Shown: in pieces, positions 28,121 to 41,923 of the stretch
Numbering within the stretch: the stretch's first letter is position 1
How the letters are laid out: every line of letters starts with the position of its first letter
Assembly (NCBI RefSeq): GCF_006345805.1
Contig: NC_042997.1
Location: forward strand, 187,674,001-187,738,000
Length of the DNA stretch: 64,000 nucleotides
DNA from: Octopus sinensis
Lineage: Eukaryota
Direction of reading: 5' to 3'
Made by a program: the position numbers and the translations under genes
The notes under the pieces: generated by a model
Told to the model about the DNA's origin: nothing
The model's input: only the letters and a program-made list of their open reading frames with translations
The model's database searches: none

Positions 28121-28999
28121 CATTGCCTTCTGTTACCAACATATTAACTTCTTCAACTTTAAAACTAACCCTAAGCTTTTCAGATTTATTGGAATATTCT
28201 TTGTCTTATGCACTAGCAAATACCGTAATTCATTTATCAATCAATGTAAGCTTTAGTTGACTGTGGAAGTACTAATGACTTCATCAAAACTAATATTGTT
28301 ATGCAGAACAATTTAGTCATTAAAATCATTCAGAAGCCACCTTGTGATGATATCAATGCAGTTTGATACCAGAATTACAAGAATATGTCATGAAAAATTC
28401 AATATGCTGAAAAGTCATACAAACAACAATGGGTGTTAATTATACACAAGTAAGATCTGCATAGATATAACACTGGTGTGGAGTCTCATGCTTCAACATT
28501 CTTCATTAACATTTAAGTTTAATGGTCCTAAAGTCTCATATGTGTTGTCAAATTTTGTTTGCCTGAAAATTTATCTTATTACAGCCTTCACTAGTTTTAT
28601 TCCATACACAAAAGTTATTGTGGCACCCTTTTGAAGGCATTTTGTGGATGATTGCAAATTCATAACACAAGAAGTAAACTACCTAGTCAAAGCTTTCTTT
28701 GATTAAACTGATTAACTCATTATGGAGAGTACTAGCTACAAGTTAGAGAAATGATACCTGATCATTGAATTGTTTACAACAATCAACAAAGTCTCCCTGA
28801 TGAAATGCTTGACAAATTAATACATACTTTATTGCAGAATTTATTTTTAGCAAGATTATATTATTAACTATCAATGGCATTTAAAGAGAATTCTTATACT
28901 GTTTTCTTAACCTTGGGTCAACTGTATCTGTATACAAGACTTCCACTTAGCCTTATGAAAGCAATGGCATAGCGATATATAACATCAAGGACAACTGGA

Positions 29000-29885
29000 A
29001 GTTCCTATGGGATAACTTAATGAGAGCCACTGACCAAATTTTTGGTTAGCGCAAAGTCCCCTAAAGTGACATGGTGGTAGAACAGTGTAGTAGACAGGGC
29101 CATTAGAGCAAATAAACATTCCTGGAAAGACTGGAAGAGTAGTGGTAGCAGAAAGCTGCATCAAATAGAAGGGAAACTAAGAGACAAGTATATTTAGCTA
29201 GAGAAGCAGAAAGGAACCCAATGCAAGTATGAACACATAAGAAGTGCAGCAGTGTCATATGAAGGTTAACAGAGAAAGCAGTCTTTTTGTGTGGCAGATG
29301 TTCAGATGCAATAAACACTAAGAATGTACAGAAAATAGACTTCCTCAAATGTCCCCTGGTATTTGAGGAAGTCTATTTAGAAGTAGAAGATAGGCTCTAG
29401 TACATAGGCAACCAAGGACGATTCTCTGAGAGCATAGCTGCTAGAATATGAACAGGTTGGGCAAAACTCAGTAAGCTACTACATTTGTTGGTAACTAAGG
29501 GCCTCTTCCTCAGAGCGAAAGGCAGACTATATGATATCTGTGTGCAAAAAGCCATGCTAAAAGTTAGTAAAACATGGGCTGTAACTGTAGAGAACATGTG
29601 AAGGTTTGAAAGAAATGAGGTCAATACGATCCAGTGGATGTGCAATGTACAACAGAGTGTAAGTATTTTAAAAGAGAAATTGGGTGTATGAGGTATCAGA
29701 TATGGTGGGCAAGAGAGAAGATATGTGATGCATATGAGTGAGGACATTGCTAATCTCTAATTGTGAAGAGACCAGTGGAAAGGATAGACCCAAGAAGATG
29801 TGGGACAAAAAGTGAGAGATGATGTTCAGAAGATGTGCCTCACAAAATGACTAAGACTTCTGGCAATCTGCTGTGCTTGAGAAGA
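29000..29885 (+). mobile_element. Internally deleted, decayed RTE LINE
   Basis: TKRQVYLAREAERN region joined to TGWAKLSKLLHLLVTKGLFLRAKGRLYD and a GKDRPKKMWD-like C-terminus. Confidence 0.75.
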
Positions 29886-30450
29886 TACATAAAACTAAGT
29901 AAAATTGAGGGTGTCCACACATACAGGCACTGTTACTACTTTTGAAAATATTAAAATCAATAAGAGAAAGCTTGCCTCTTTGCTACTGATAACTCAACCT
30001 TATTTACAACTGGGACCATTGTGTTAACCAATCCTCCAGCTGTTACATTATTACTGCTTTAAAAAAGCCCACTTTCCAGAGGGGAATTGTTGAGTAAAAA
30101 GAAAAAAAACTCCAGCAATTTTTTAGTGTTTACGTAAATGGCAACACTAACTCCCAGCAAGGCCTTGCCCTCCAATTTATATTTGATAAATCTCATAACT
30201 GTAAAAACAAAGAATGAACTTTTTCTGTATAGTTTTGATATTTTCTATAGATGTACGAAAGAAAATGTGTACACTGAAATCTTGAATTTGTTCTGCTCAA
30301 TCAAATTACAGATTTCTTCAATGTATCAGGTGTAAAAAGATTGATGCATTACATAAAGGGGAAAAATCTCCACTTCTACTAAAAATGCTCATAAAATTTG
30401 TTATGCCTACCAAATACACTCCAAATCAAAATCAAAATTTTACTATCAAC

Positions 30451-30734
<284 letters not shown>

Positions 30735-30924
30735 GTGTGTGTGAAAGTGAGACCAGATTAATGGTATTCAACCTAGGTTGTACAAGAACTTTAACGTTTC
30801 TGGTAATTTTAATTAATTTATATTTCAGTACAAGTGTATAAAAATTGTTGATGACAATTTGGTAATAATTAGTTGTAACATATTAATGATAGGTGTATAC
30901 TTGAAAGAAAGAAAAAAGATGTAC

Positions 30925-30991
30925 CTGATATCGATGAACAAGCCAACCAGACAGAAAAAGACAAAGGCACGGATTCACACATGTGAAACAC
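30925..30991 (-). other. Candidate 67-nt 5' UTR exon of the minus-strand gene
   Basis: Acceptor catttatttttgcAG (30993-30992) and donor CAG|GTACAT (30924-30923) bracket a unique 67-nt segment; splice signals only. Confidence 0.4.
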
Positions 30992-31189
30992 CTGCAAAAA
31001 TAAATGATAGAAATTTGTAACCTAAACATTCATATACATATGTAAAATACAAATGCACATGCACACATACAGATATACTTCTGTATGTATGGGTGTAGTA
31101 TATATGCATGTGTGTGTGTGTTAAATAAAATGAGACAACAAAATTAAGGCTGTGCGGAATTTATAGGAAATTTATAAAGCAAAAGGTAG

Positions 31190-31236
31190 ACTTACAGCTG
31201 TTTCTGGGATATTAGGGATATCGCTTCATCAGAGAC
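31190..31236 (-). ncRNA. Degenerate Penelope-type minimal hammerhead ribozyme motif
   Basis: CTGATGA, stem gatat/atatc, GAAA, palindromic CAGCTG, then TA; stem I and the 10.1-11.1 pair are imperfect. Confidence 0.45.
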
Positions 31237-32324
31237 GATATGATAGAATTAACTAGAGGGAAATAGTAGAGTTCAGTATAAGGAGTTATTTGGGAAAAGG
31301 ATGGATATAGGAAGTATAAAGGGAAATAAGAAAATAAAAATAAAAGTAAAAATATATGTAGGATGATACAGTTTCAGTTCCATTATCCAAGGAAAGAGCT
31401 GTGTATAATGGATAGAAATGCTTCTTGTCCATGGTACGTAGATTCCGACTGGAATCTACATACCATATATGTATATATAGACACCACACACAAACCCATA
31501 CATATTATGGCTATGATATATGGCACTGCGAGCTGATTTAGGTGTATTTACACCATTTGTCTACAGCAAGAAATTTTCTCCATGACAAAATACAGTGAAT
31601 GGCTTGTTTACAAGACTGAACCTGCTATTGGCATATCCGAACTGGTAAAGGCATTGCATAACATGTTGTATATTGTCTCAAATTGCAAATATATTGCAAT
31701 GGGATCAAAAAGATCTTGGCAAATTAACTGAAAAGCATTACCCCATATAGCAGGTTAACAGGGTACTCGAAAGGAATACATAAACTGGTCGTATTGTAGT
31801 GCATATGAAGTCAAACAGTTGTGCAATGATCTCAGGCAACCTGTAAATCCTTATATGTATCAATGATATAACTGCTACACATTATGTAGTGTATCATTTA
31901 CGAAATAAATAAGAATGGATAACTCAAGACATCACTGCACACACTTCAATGGTGTGGTTATTAATGCACAGTACATCATATTACAAATTACATCATATTA
32001 CATATTACATCATTAATGCACAGTACATCATATTACATATTACATCATTTTGCATTATTGCATGTATGTAGTGATGTTCAGCAAAATACAACCAATCTAT
32101 GAAGTCAAGAATATTTATAAACAAATTATAGGACAAGCAAGATTTCAAGGAAATACAGTTTTTCCAAAAGATGGAAGAACTATTAAATAGTTCCTCCCCT
32201 GTCTGGAAAATCTGTATTTCTTAGAAATCTTGCTTGTGGTTATGAAATATTGTGGAATTACATAACATTATGTAATGTACTGTGCATTTTTAAATAAAGA
32301 ACCATGCTATTAAAATGCATATTG

Positions 32325-32938
32325 TTATGTTTTGTGGACTTGGAGAAAGCCTTTGACAGGGTTCCCCGATCCCTTATCTGGTGGTCGATGCGGAAACTGG
32401 AAATTGATGAATGGCTAATAAGGGCTGTACAGGCTCTATACAGTGAGGCTGTCAGCAAGGTTAGGATTGGCAACGAATATAGTGAAGAATTCTAGGTAGA
32501 AGTAGGTGTACACCAAGGCTCAGCCCTCAGTCCCCTTTTATTCATCATAGTCCTCCAGGCAATAACAGAGGAATTCAAAACAGGATGCCCCTGGGAGCTC
32601 CTCTATGCTGACGACCTGGCTCTCATGGCAGAATCACTACCAGAACTAGAAAAGAAATTTCAGGTGTGGAAGCAAGGGTTAGAATCAAAGGGCCTTAGAG
32701 TAAATGTAGCAAAGACCAAAGTTATAGTAAGCAGAAAGGCGAACTCAGCACACACACCCTCGGGCAGGTGGCCCTGCTTGATCTGTAGGAAAGGTCTAGG
32801 TAGAAACTCCATAAGATCCACCCAATGTAAGCTATGGACGCATAAGAGGTGCAGCAACATCAAAGGGAAATTAACTGATAAGATAGCTTTCATGTGCGGC
32901 AGATGCACAGGGACAATAGACACCACAGACACTCAGAA
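32325..32938 (+). mobile_element. RTE LINE reverse-transcriptase fragment
   Basis: FVDLEKAFDRVPR, GVHQGSALSPLLF, LLYADDL, WKQGLESKGLRVNVAKTK; one in-frame stop. Confidence 0.92.
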
Positions 32939-33024
32939 AACATTCTTATTCAAGAATAAACAGCTCAAATATATCTATATCTATATATACACACACACAT
33001 AAAATACACAAATTTCTTACCACA

Positions 33025-33400
33025 CAGGCATAGTTGTGTGGTAAGAATTTTGCTTCCCAGACACATGGTTCCAGGTTCAGTCCCACTGCATAGAACCTTA
33101 AGCAAGTGTCTTCTACTAAAGTCTAAAGTCTCAAGCCAATCAAAGCCTTGTGAGTGGATTTGATAGATGGAAACTGAAGAAGCCTGTCATGTGTGTGCAT
33201 GTTTGTTCCCCACCACAAGTGACAAATGCTGTTCATGTGTTTATGCCCAAGTAACTTAGCAGTTTGGCAAAAAAGATCAATAGAACAAGTAGCAGGCTTT
33301 ACAAAAGAAATAAGTACATGGGTTGATTTGTCAACTAAAATTCTTCAAGGTGTTGCATCAATATGGCTAGTCTAATGACCGAAACAAGTAAAAGATTAAA
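33025..33400 (+). mobile_element. SINE family 1 (decayed)
   Basis: gtgtggtaag..catggttccaggttcagtcccactg..gaaacaagtaaaaga. Confidence 0.75.
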
Positions 33401-34521
33401 GATATATAAACAATTCAATTATCAAAGAATTTGTTCTTAAAGCAATTGTCTATCTATTAAATGAGAATATGTGAAGGAGTTCTTTTTACTGCTTATTTAA
33501 TGGAAAAGTAAGAGGGTTTATACTTTTTTGAGACTGAATGAGTGAATTTATGTGTCTTCATGTACAGGACCAATGTAGAAGACACAAGTTTTCTGATGCC
33601 GGATAGGGAATTAAGAAAAATATTTTCAAGTGACAATTTTAATTTAACACCACTACTTCAAAGTGGTAATGTAAATAATTTTCTGGTAAGGTATTGAATG
33701 TACAAACAATATAAAGTATATAACATGTAAAATGGGGAATGGAAAACAACCCTTAGTTGATGCTAGAAAATCTATAAAAAAAACAAGCGAGATAACTCTA
33801 ATGGAATCAGTTCAGTTGATCAAATTTTCTTGGCAATAGAGATAATGTAGGTTGGCATGGGTTTTGCCTCTAAAGTCAAATGGTGAAAGCAGTCAGCACA
33901 TTTTGATCCTATTAGGTTTCTTTGCCAAAACAAGATCTATTCAATTAGCAAGACACACACACATATCATCTTCATCTTTCGTAGCCAATAACTACCAGTC
34001 AAGCACTGGAGTTGATGTAATCAAGTAGTCCTCACTCCCAAAATTTCAGGCCTTGTGCCTAAATTATTATTATTATTATTATTATTATTAGGGGTATGTA
34101 GTAATACTGATTGTGAATATTAACAGTATGTCTGAGGGAGAATAGCTTGGGGAAGCATTCTGCATGCTAAATACAAAGACAGTAAGGTTACATGTGTAAT
34201 GTGAGTTGAACATTTTCAATCCATTGGGAATATTTATGCAATTTGTAAACAAAAACTCATTGCTAGGTAGTTTAAAATATAAAATTATGCAAGGAAGATA
34301 ACTCCAATATGGTCAGCTAGTGACTATGGTAGGAATAAATATTTCATCAGCTCCGATATTATATCCGTATACAGACACAAACGAAAATGGGGAGCTCTTA
34401 CGCAGTCGCTTTACCTGCAAGAAATAACAATCAAATTTCTCTCAAATGGCAATACTGTCTTACAATATCAACCTACTGATATTTAAGGCGACAGTGGATA
34501 ATGTGCTATTAGATATTCCCA

Positions 34522-34557
<36 letters not shown>

Positions 34558-37500
34558 GTAGTCAGGGCAGGAAGGTTCTGATCATATTTATACGACCATT
34601 ACGGAACTGAGGCTTAAACAACAACATAAACATGTGTTGTAAAACAACAACACACACGCACACATATTGGTGATTCAACCGAATAAACTACTGTATGTAT
34701 TGATTATCTTTAGTATAATAATGTGTTGCGAACGCACTCGCACGCATAAACACAATCGATAAAACAACATCGTGTAACATCGGTGCGATAGATACTTTGA
34801 AAACACTCATCAAGCCAACTTTATATCACAGAACGTCTCCTTCCATAACCATTAGCTTTTTTTTTTTTAGCATTTCATGTCAATGTTAAAGATGATGATG
34901 GTAAGGATGGAGGCAAATGGGGATAGGGGTAGGTAAGATCGTAGAAGGAAAAAAAAATAATAATGACTGGCTTTTGTCTAGAATTAGGAATTGGAGATGT
35001 AAGAGTGAGTCGTATCAGTATTATAGTAGTAGTGGAGGGGGGGAGGGGCGATGATTGTGACAGAAAATAGAATAAGGTCTTGCTCGCAATGGCAACGTGC
35101 TGATCGACGTCGGCTGTAGTAACAGCAGTAGTAGTAGTCGTCGTAGTAGCAACAGCAGCAGCAGCGGCTATAGTCATTGCTACTGCAGGTGCTTTACAAG
35201 CTACTGTTTGTTTTGTTTGTGTTGCCTCCCCTCCTCCTTGCTACTATGACTACCGAAGCTTACTACTTTTACGGCAAAACAGCAGATTTCGAACAAACTA
35301 ATGTTGTTCAGCGCAAAGTAATATAAATAAACAAATTCTAAGCTGTGAGTAAAGAGAGAAGTCTAACATTTTGAGCGTGCTTCCGACCAAAGATTTAAAA
35401 AAAAAATTTTTTTCCCCCACAGAGATTATAGAAACCTCCACCAACCACCTCAAGAACTCACAAGCATGAGAGAGGGAGAGGGGAAAAAAAGGAGGCGGGC
35501 GATGGCGAAGCAAAAGATTCACGAACAGAAAAGGTCTGAAAAATTTATATTGGATGTACGGAAAGGATTTTTACGTAAAGCAGACGGAAAAAAAAAACAG
35601 ACAAAAAGAATATCGTTGTAAATCAGATTAGGAAAATTAAATCAATGGATTGTAATGTATAGATAGAATGTTGTTTAAGTATACAGACAAGTTACTAATG
35701 TATCTAATTAGTAATATAAAATACACATAACTGGCGACTTATCGATCGAGTACACATTGAAAACTAAAATAGGAGTAGAGATCAAGGTGACGGACTTTGC
35801 TACCTGTTTAATGGTATTAACTCAACACAGGAAAGCTCCCGTAAATTTAAACATTATATATACAATGCCTACCAACCATTAAACGTAATTAATGCGATCA
35901 CACACACACACACACATATATATTTATATTACACACCACAGGCACCAGTCTAATATATGTATTAATGCTATAAGCCTTCGTTTATTTTAAGACAGAGAGA
36001 CATTATAAATAGAGAATTAATTAGACAAAAGATAACCCACAATTCTTTTGACATTTGTCTTTTTCCCATTTGATTACTAATAGAACTACCACCCTTTCGT
36101 CACACACACCCTGACATTCCTTTTTAGAGTATTATCAGAAGAAAAGAACTAATTAAATTAGAAAATCAAAATGGACGAAAGATAAGCAAGATCCCATCAA
36201 AGTATTATAGTATAAACACTACTTTGTAGCCTGATTGTGTATAGACTCTCATGTGTATGTATTTTCAGGCGGATGTTGTGTTGCCTCAGTTACAAACGAA
36301 TACTGTTCCTCCTCCCTTCTTAAATAAATATCATTTACATCTTCGTAATTTAGGGCTCATTTTTTTTTTTATATAATTAAAAACATTCCAAATAATATGA
36401 AACGTCCACGAGAGTTACTAAGATAGTCAAGTGAAAAGAGAGGTGTTCGCTGTTTATAATAAATACATATCAAATGTACGTGAATTAGGACGAGTGACAG
36501 CGCGCGCGTGTGTGAACTGGATCATATGTATACAAAAATCTCTATACGATCAGCAAACGAACGTGTACACGCTTGTCTGTGTTAAATATGTGTGTACAAA
36601 TTTATCAGTGTGTGTCAGCTTTAGAAGGAAATTATAAAGGAAAGATGAAATTGCAGTGACCTATATTTAAACGGGAGGATTTTAATAACTACATTATATG
36701 ACCTTGCAAAAATCTATATTTATACTTGTGCTAAAACAACACTATACCGAGTCAATATTCCATTGCACACATTTTTAACAATAAAATCTTAATATAGGTC
36801 TCGAAGGGAATAAGATTTTATAATGTTCATGTCTCTCCTAGGGCCCATATAATGTAGACGGCAGCTAATGGTAGGATCTAAGAATAAGGATTAAATAAAT
36901 AATCAGTGTCGTCAGAAAGGGCACATAGATTTCGGTAAGACATACTTGCTACATATGCTGCACAAATGTATGCACCACCTGTATGTTTTCGATCATATGT
37001 ATATAAATGTATTACCTGTCTAACATACATACATATATATATATATACAGACAGACACACACACACACACATAATTATATACATTAAAACGATAGATAAA
37101 TAAAATCAGACACGTACAACTCCAACACTCACGATTGCTCTCGTTCCAAAGATTATACACAAACTGATTAAGTTGATAAGGTGCAGTAGAGCAAAAGGGC
37201 AGGTGTTTTGTAGTTCGTTGTGTGTGTATTCAAATATATGGACAGTCGATGATCGTAATGTAGTACTGTAGACATGGAAACAGGACCTTTGCATACTTTA
37301 TAGTATTCTATAAACACACGTATGCAATGACGAAAGAAAGGAGGAGGTTGTTGCAGTAGTATCCTTTAGTTGCCTACAGTTAGCCTGTTTTCAAAACCCA
37401 TACGCTAGGAAACACAAACACGATATGTATGTATGTATGTGTGTATGCATATGTGTATGTATGTATGTAATGAAGCTGGATCCTATAGTTTAACAAAACG

Positions 37501-38040
37501 AAGGGTAGAAGAATCTGGGAAACATACATAGAAAATTTTAAAAAATTAATAATACTGATACACAAAAGGCGTGGCTGTGTGGCTGGAAGATTAGAAACAA
37601 ACAAAAAAAAAACGACGAAATAATACGACTAAGGATAGAGATTTTGTACATACACACCATGTAAAATTTAAAATAAAACAAACAAAAAAATATCAGCACC
37701 TCGCACCCACAACAAAGTTGTCTGCAATAGCTTAATGTTCCAAAATGAGTTTACCTTTTTTAACACACATGCATAGGATGTGTGTGTGTGCATATATATA
37801 TGTATAGAGAGAGAGAAAGAGAGAGTCGATAATAAGATCAGGAAAAGTGAAACACAATTTTTGTTTGTTTGCTTTTGTTTTTATCCTCTCTCCAGAAAAG
37901 AAAGACTCCTTCACCCTGAGAGCTTGACCATTTTTCCAACTCCATACAAGTACGACAGAGGGAGGGAGAGCGAGAGAGAGAGAGAGAAAGAAAGAGAGAG
38001 AGGCATATAGACGTACAGAGAAAGAAAGAGAAATTTTGAA

Positions 38041-38072
<32 letters not shown>

Positions 38073-38318
38073 GGAAAACGAAGAGCGAGTGAAACAAATA
38101 GAGTATGAGAGAGAGAGAGAGAGAGAGACTGAGAAGGGTGAAGTGGAGATGGAGTGGCGAGGAAGGGCGATAGGTGGAGTAGGAAACAGATGTGAGGGAA
38201 GAAAAGTAGACAAGATGATGGAGACTAGATGGGGGTGGGGGTTTGAAAGGGGGGGGGGGGAAAATGGAGGAGAAGGAGGAGGAGTCCGGATAAGGGAGTG
38301 AGGGAAGAGTAGACTTAC

Positions 38319-38365
38319 TATTGAAGTGGAGCAGCGGAGAAAAACCCCCAGACATGTCACGTGAT
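38319..38365 (-). promoter_or_regulatory. Candidate first exon/promoter with E-box GTCACGTGAT and donor site
   Basis: CACGTG-centred motif at 38356-38365, ATG at 38355, 37 nt to AATA|GTAAGT donor (38318), followed by CT/GA-rich intron-like sequence. Confidence 0.4.
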
Positions 38366-38511
38366 TAGTGATGGTGTCAGTGTGTCATGGTGCGTACGTG
38401 AGCTGCGTATGTAAATATGCATGTTTGTATTAGCGTATGAGTGTATTACATATATGTATATGTATTTGCGTGTGCACATATTATACATATATAAATATAT
38501 ATATATATATA

Positions 38512-38543
<32 letters not shown>

Positions 38544-38836
38544 GTGTATATATTTATAATATATACAGAAATATATATATATATATATTTATATATACAC
38601 ACAGTTGTGTGTGTGTGTGATTATGTATGTATGTATGTGTGTGTGTGTGAAAACTAACTAGCTTCCAAGGAGCAAAACTCTTGGGAAACAACGTAAAAAT
38701 AATAATAACCCGTGTATTGCTACGATTTTCGCAGTTAGATTGCGCTCAAACTCACACACACATAAATCACATAACATAATATAATACGTACGAACGAACG
38801 TGTATCGTATCTATTAATTCTGGCGTGTGTGGATGC

Positions 38837-38868
<32 letters not shown>

Positions 38869-39061
38869 TATTATATATATATATATATATACAAAATACA
38901 ATTCGAAGTTTCACAATCATAGCCTTTAATCACTTACTCATTCTCTCTGTCTCTCTTCCTTTCTTCCTCTCTCTCTCTCCCCTCCTCTCTCTCTCTTTCA
39001 TTGTACACCTCCGACACACAAGCACGCACGCGCGCACACACACACACAAGCACGCACACGC

Positions 39062-39105
<44 letters not shown>

Positions 39106-39532
39106 CTATTCCAGCCAGTAATTAAGATATTCGCGGTTGCCTGGATAGTCTTCTGTTCAAATTATGTTACTTGTATAACTATTAAAGACTTCTTAAGGCA
39201 CACGCGCGCGCGCGGACACACACACGCACACATACACATACATACACACACACGCACACATACACATACATACACACACACTAACACATGAGTCATTTAA
39301 AACATTAACTTTAAACGTTGTGTTATCACATATACGCACTCGTATAATATACATCGTTTTAAGTGACTCATTCGTGTAAAACCAATAAGCCCCCATAAAA
39401 GATTTTTTTTTCTTTTAAATCTATGTTTTTGCAGGTGTATTATTATCACTTCGCGTCGACTTGTGATGGTGCAATCTTATCGTCCAAAGTTGTGATAGTA
39501 ATTTCTGTTTCGGCTATTGTATCACTAAAACA

Positions 39533-39985
39533 TTGAAGTCCGAAATATTACACACACGCGCGCGCGCGCAGGCAGGCACGCACGCACGCACGCACGCACG
39601 TACGTACGTACGTACGTACATACATACATACATACATACATACATACATACATACATACATACATACATACATACATACATACATACATACATACATGCA
39701 TGCATACATACATACATACATACATACATACATACATACATGCATGCATACATACATACACACACACACCCATCCATCCATACATCATACAGGCAGGCAA
39801 GCACGCACGCACGTACGTACATACATACATACATACATACATACATACATCATACATACATACATACATACATACATACATGCATGCATACATACATACA
39901 TACATACACACACCCACCCATCCATCCATACATCATACATACATACATACATACATACATAGACACACACACATCCATACATACA

Positions 39986-40021
<36 letters not shown>

Positions 40022-40110
40022 CACACACACACACATACACACATACATACATACTACATACATACATACATACATACATACATACATACATACATACATA
40101 CATACATACA
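39533..40110. repeat. Compound microsatellite (CACG/CGTA/CATA/CA)
   Basis: About 580 bp of tetra- and dinucleotide repeats with a duplicated higher-order block. Confidence 0.95.
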
Positions 40111-41565
40111 TGTAAGTAAGTATATATTGGAATTGGTTTGATGCTTTTACAGGATATTTCATGCCGTATAATTGTCAATCGTTTCGCTGTATTATTGTAT
40201 CGTATCGGATCATAGACATAACAGCAAAGTGATTTGGATGTGTTGAAAGTCTTTCGAACGGGATGCTTTTGCCGAATCTTCGGACTATTATAGATTATCC
40301 ATCTGAGAAGGAAAAAAAATCACATTTAATATTCCTACTTTTACCAATCGACTGTTTCTGAATTCAGTAACAGCGGTTACGCTGATAAGAATATGTCAAT
40401 CAGATTATGCAGGTTCGCTATACAGGCGGCGAATTGGTAGAGTCGTTAAAGCGTCGGGGGAGATGCTTTGCAATATTTGCCTCGGCTCTTTACGTTCTTA
40501 GTTCAAATCTTGCCATGGCCTACATGAGTGGTAGACATAATTCGCTGCTCGGTTCAAAACCACCACTTGGCCCTTGAATATCCTCTCTATCGCAAACGTT
40601 CGAACAAAGTCACTAATTTCAGGAGACCTCCCTACCTCCCGTCTTGCCTCTCACTAGTCTCATAGGCGGTGTTAAAAAAAAATTACAAACTACTCAGATG
40701 TTTCCACAAAGATGGGAAATGCACAAAAGGGCGCTGAGAAAGGCCTGGCTGAAAATTATTTTAAAACGAAATAACACCAGAAACGAAAGGAAATTGTTCA
40801 TAGGCAATGAGTACCTAAGGTAGGGTGGTGGATCTGGGTGAACATCCACATGATAACTCACAGCGTAAAAAACTTATTATATGTAGATCTTGTTGGGTGC
40901 CTCTCGAATTGAAATCTTTCAAATTCATCTTTCCTGCACGTGAAAGCAAGTGTCTATTAAATAAAATTCTGACGTGTTGGCCCAGATCAATAAGGATACA
41001 GAAATGAAGCTGTATCTGAGAAATTGTTATAAATAAATAATTTCTTTTGAGTTCCGTGGTGTTTTTGTATTTCAGCCACTTTCCGATCACATGGCGGGAA
41101 GTCACTGAGATATAAATATTCTCTTAGGTAGTACCTCAGCCTACCGCAAGAAACATTCCCAGGGGATTGGATACTTCATTTTTGATAGCCAAGACACCTT
41201 AAGAATGGAAGATTTTCATGTTGTTGCGAGGATTAGCATGAAAACCTGAGTTTTGAACCCTAGCTCTCAGGTTTTCTCGTCTCAGAATCACGACCTACTG
41301 TATCAGCATAAAAGGAAGAGTGTCGCCACAAAAGGCATTAACGCTTACGTCACTATAGTTCGATCAACCAGCGCTGGCTGACTTACTATGGTTGATGCGG
41401 TGAAGCTCAAAGAAAGTGCGCGAGTTTTCCCAGCAAAACAGTTTTGCCGAATGTTCTGGAAAATGTGGCTTATGGTCATAAAAAGCTGGCTAATTCAAAT
41501 TCATATTAGAGTCACTCAGCCGTCTAGACAAATCTGTGTAACTTTTCTCAGCGAGTTAGTCTCTC

Positions 41566-41619
<54 letters not shown>

Positions 41620-41923
41620 CACACACACACACACACTCACTCACTCACCCTCTTTTTCGTATTTAACAAGCTTATGTTGTATTCGACAAAGGGCACCAAC
41701 TTAAAGTTGGTGTCGAATAATGCACTTTCATTATATACAGTGATTTAAATACCTTCTACTCTATTTCGTCTTCCATGGTTATGTCCTATTTTCATATTAT
41801 TTAGCATGTTGAAATACAGAAGACTACCAGCTGATATGTTCGCTACTTCATGAAGGTTGTTCTATTAATTTACTTGAATGTATAAATGTAAATATAAACG
41901 ATGCAGGTTAATAAACTATTTGA

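Noticed and set aside
37732-38355. 207-aa minus ORF MSGGFSPLLHFNSK...
   Set aside because: After codon 12 it runs through a GTAAGT donor into CT-rich microsatellite; only the first 37 nt are kept as an exon candidate
39514-40178. Long ORFs up to 202 aa (HTYI/MYVC repeats), and similar ORFs at 0-1.6, 24, 30.5, 38.4-39.3, 44.6 and 63.4 kb
   Set aside because: Translations of (CA)n, (TA)n and (CATA)n microsatellites that lack stops
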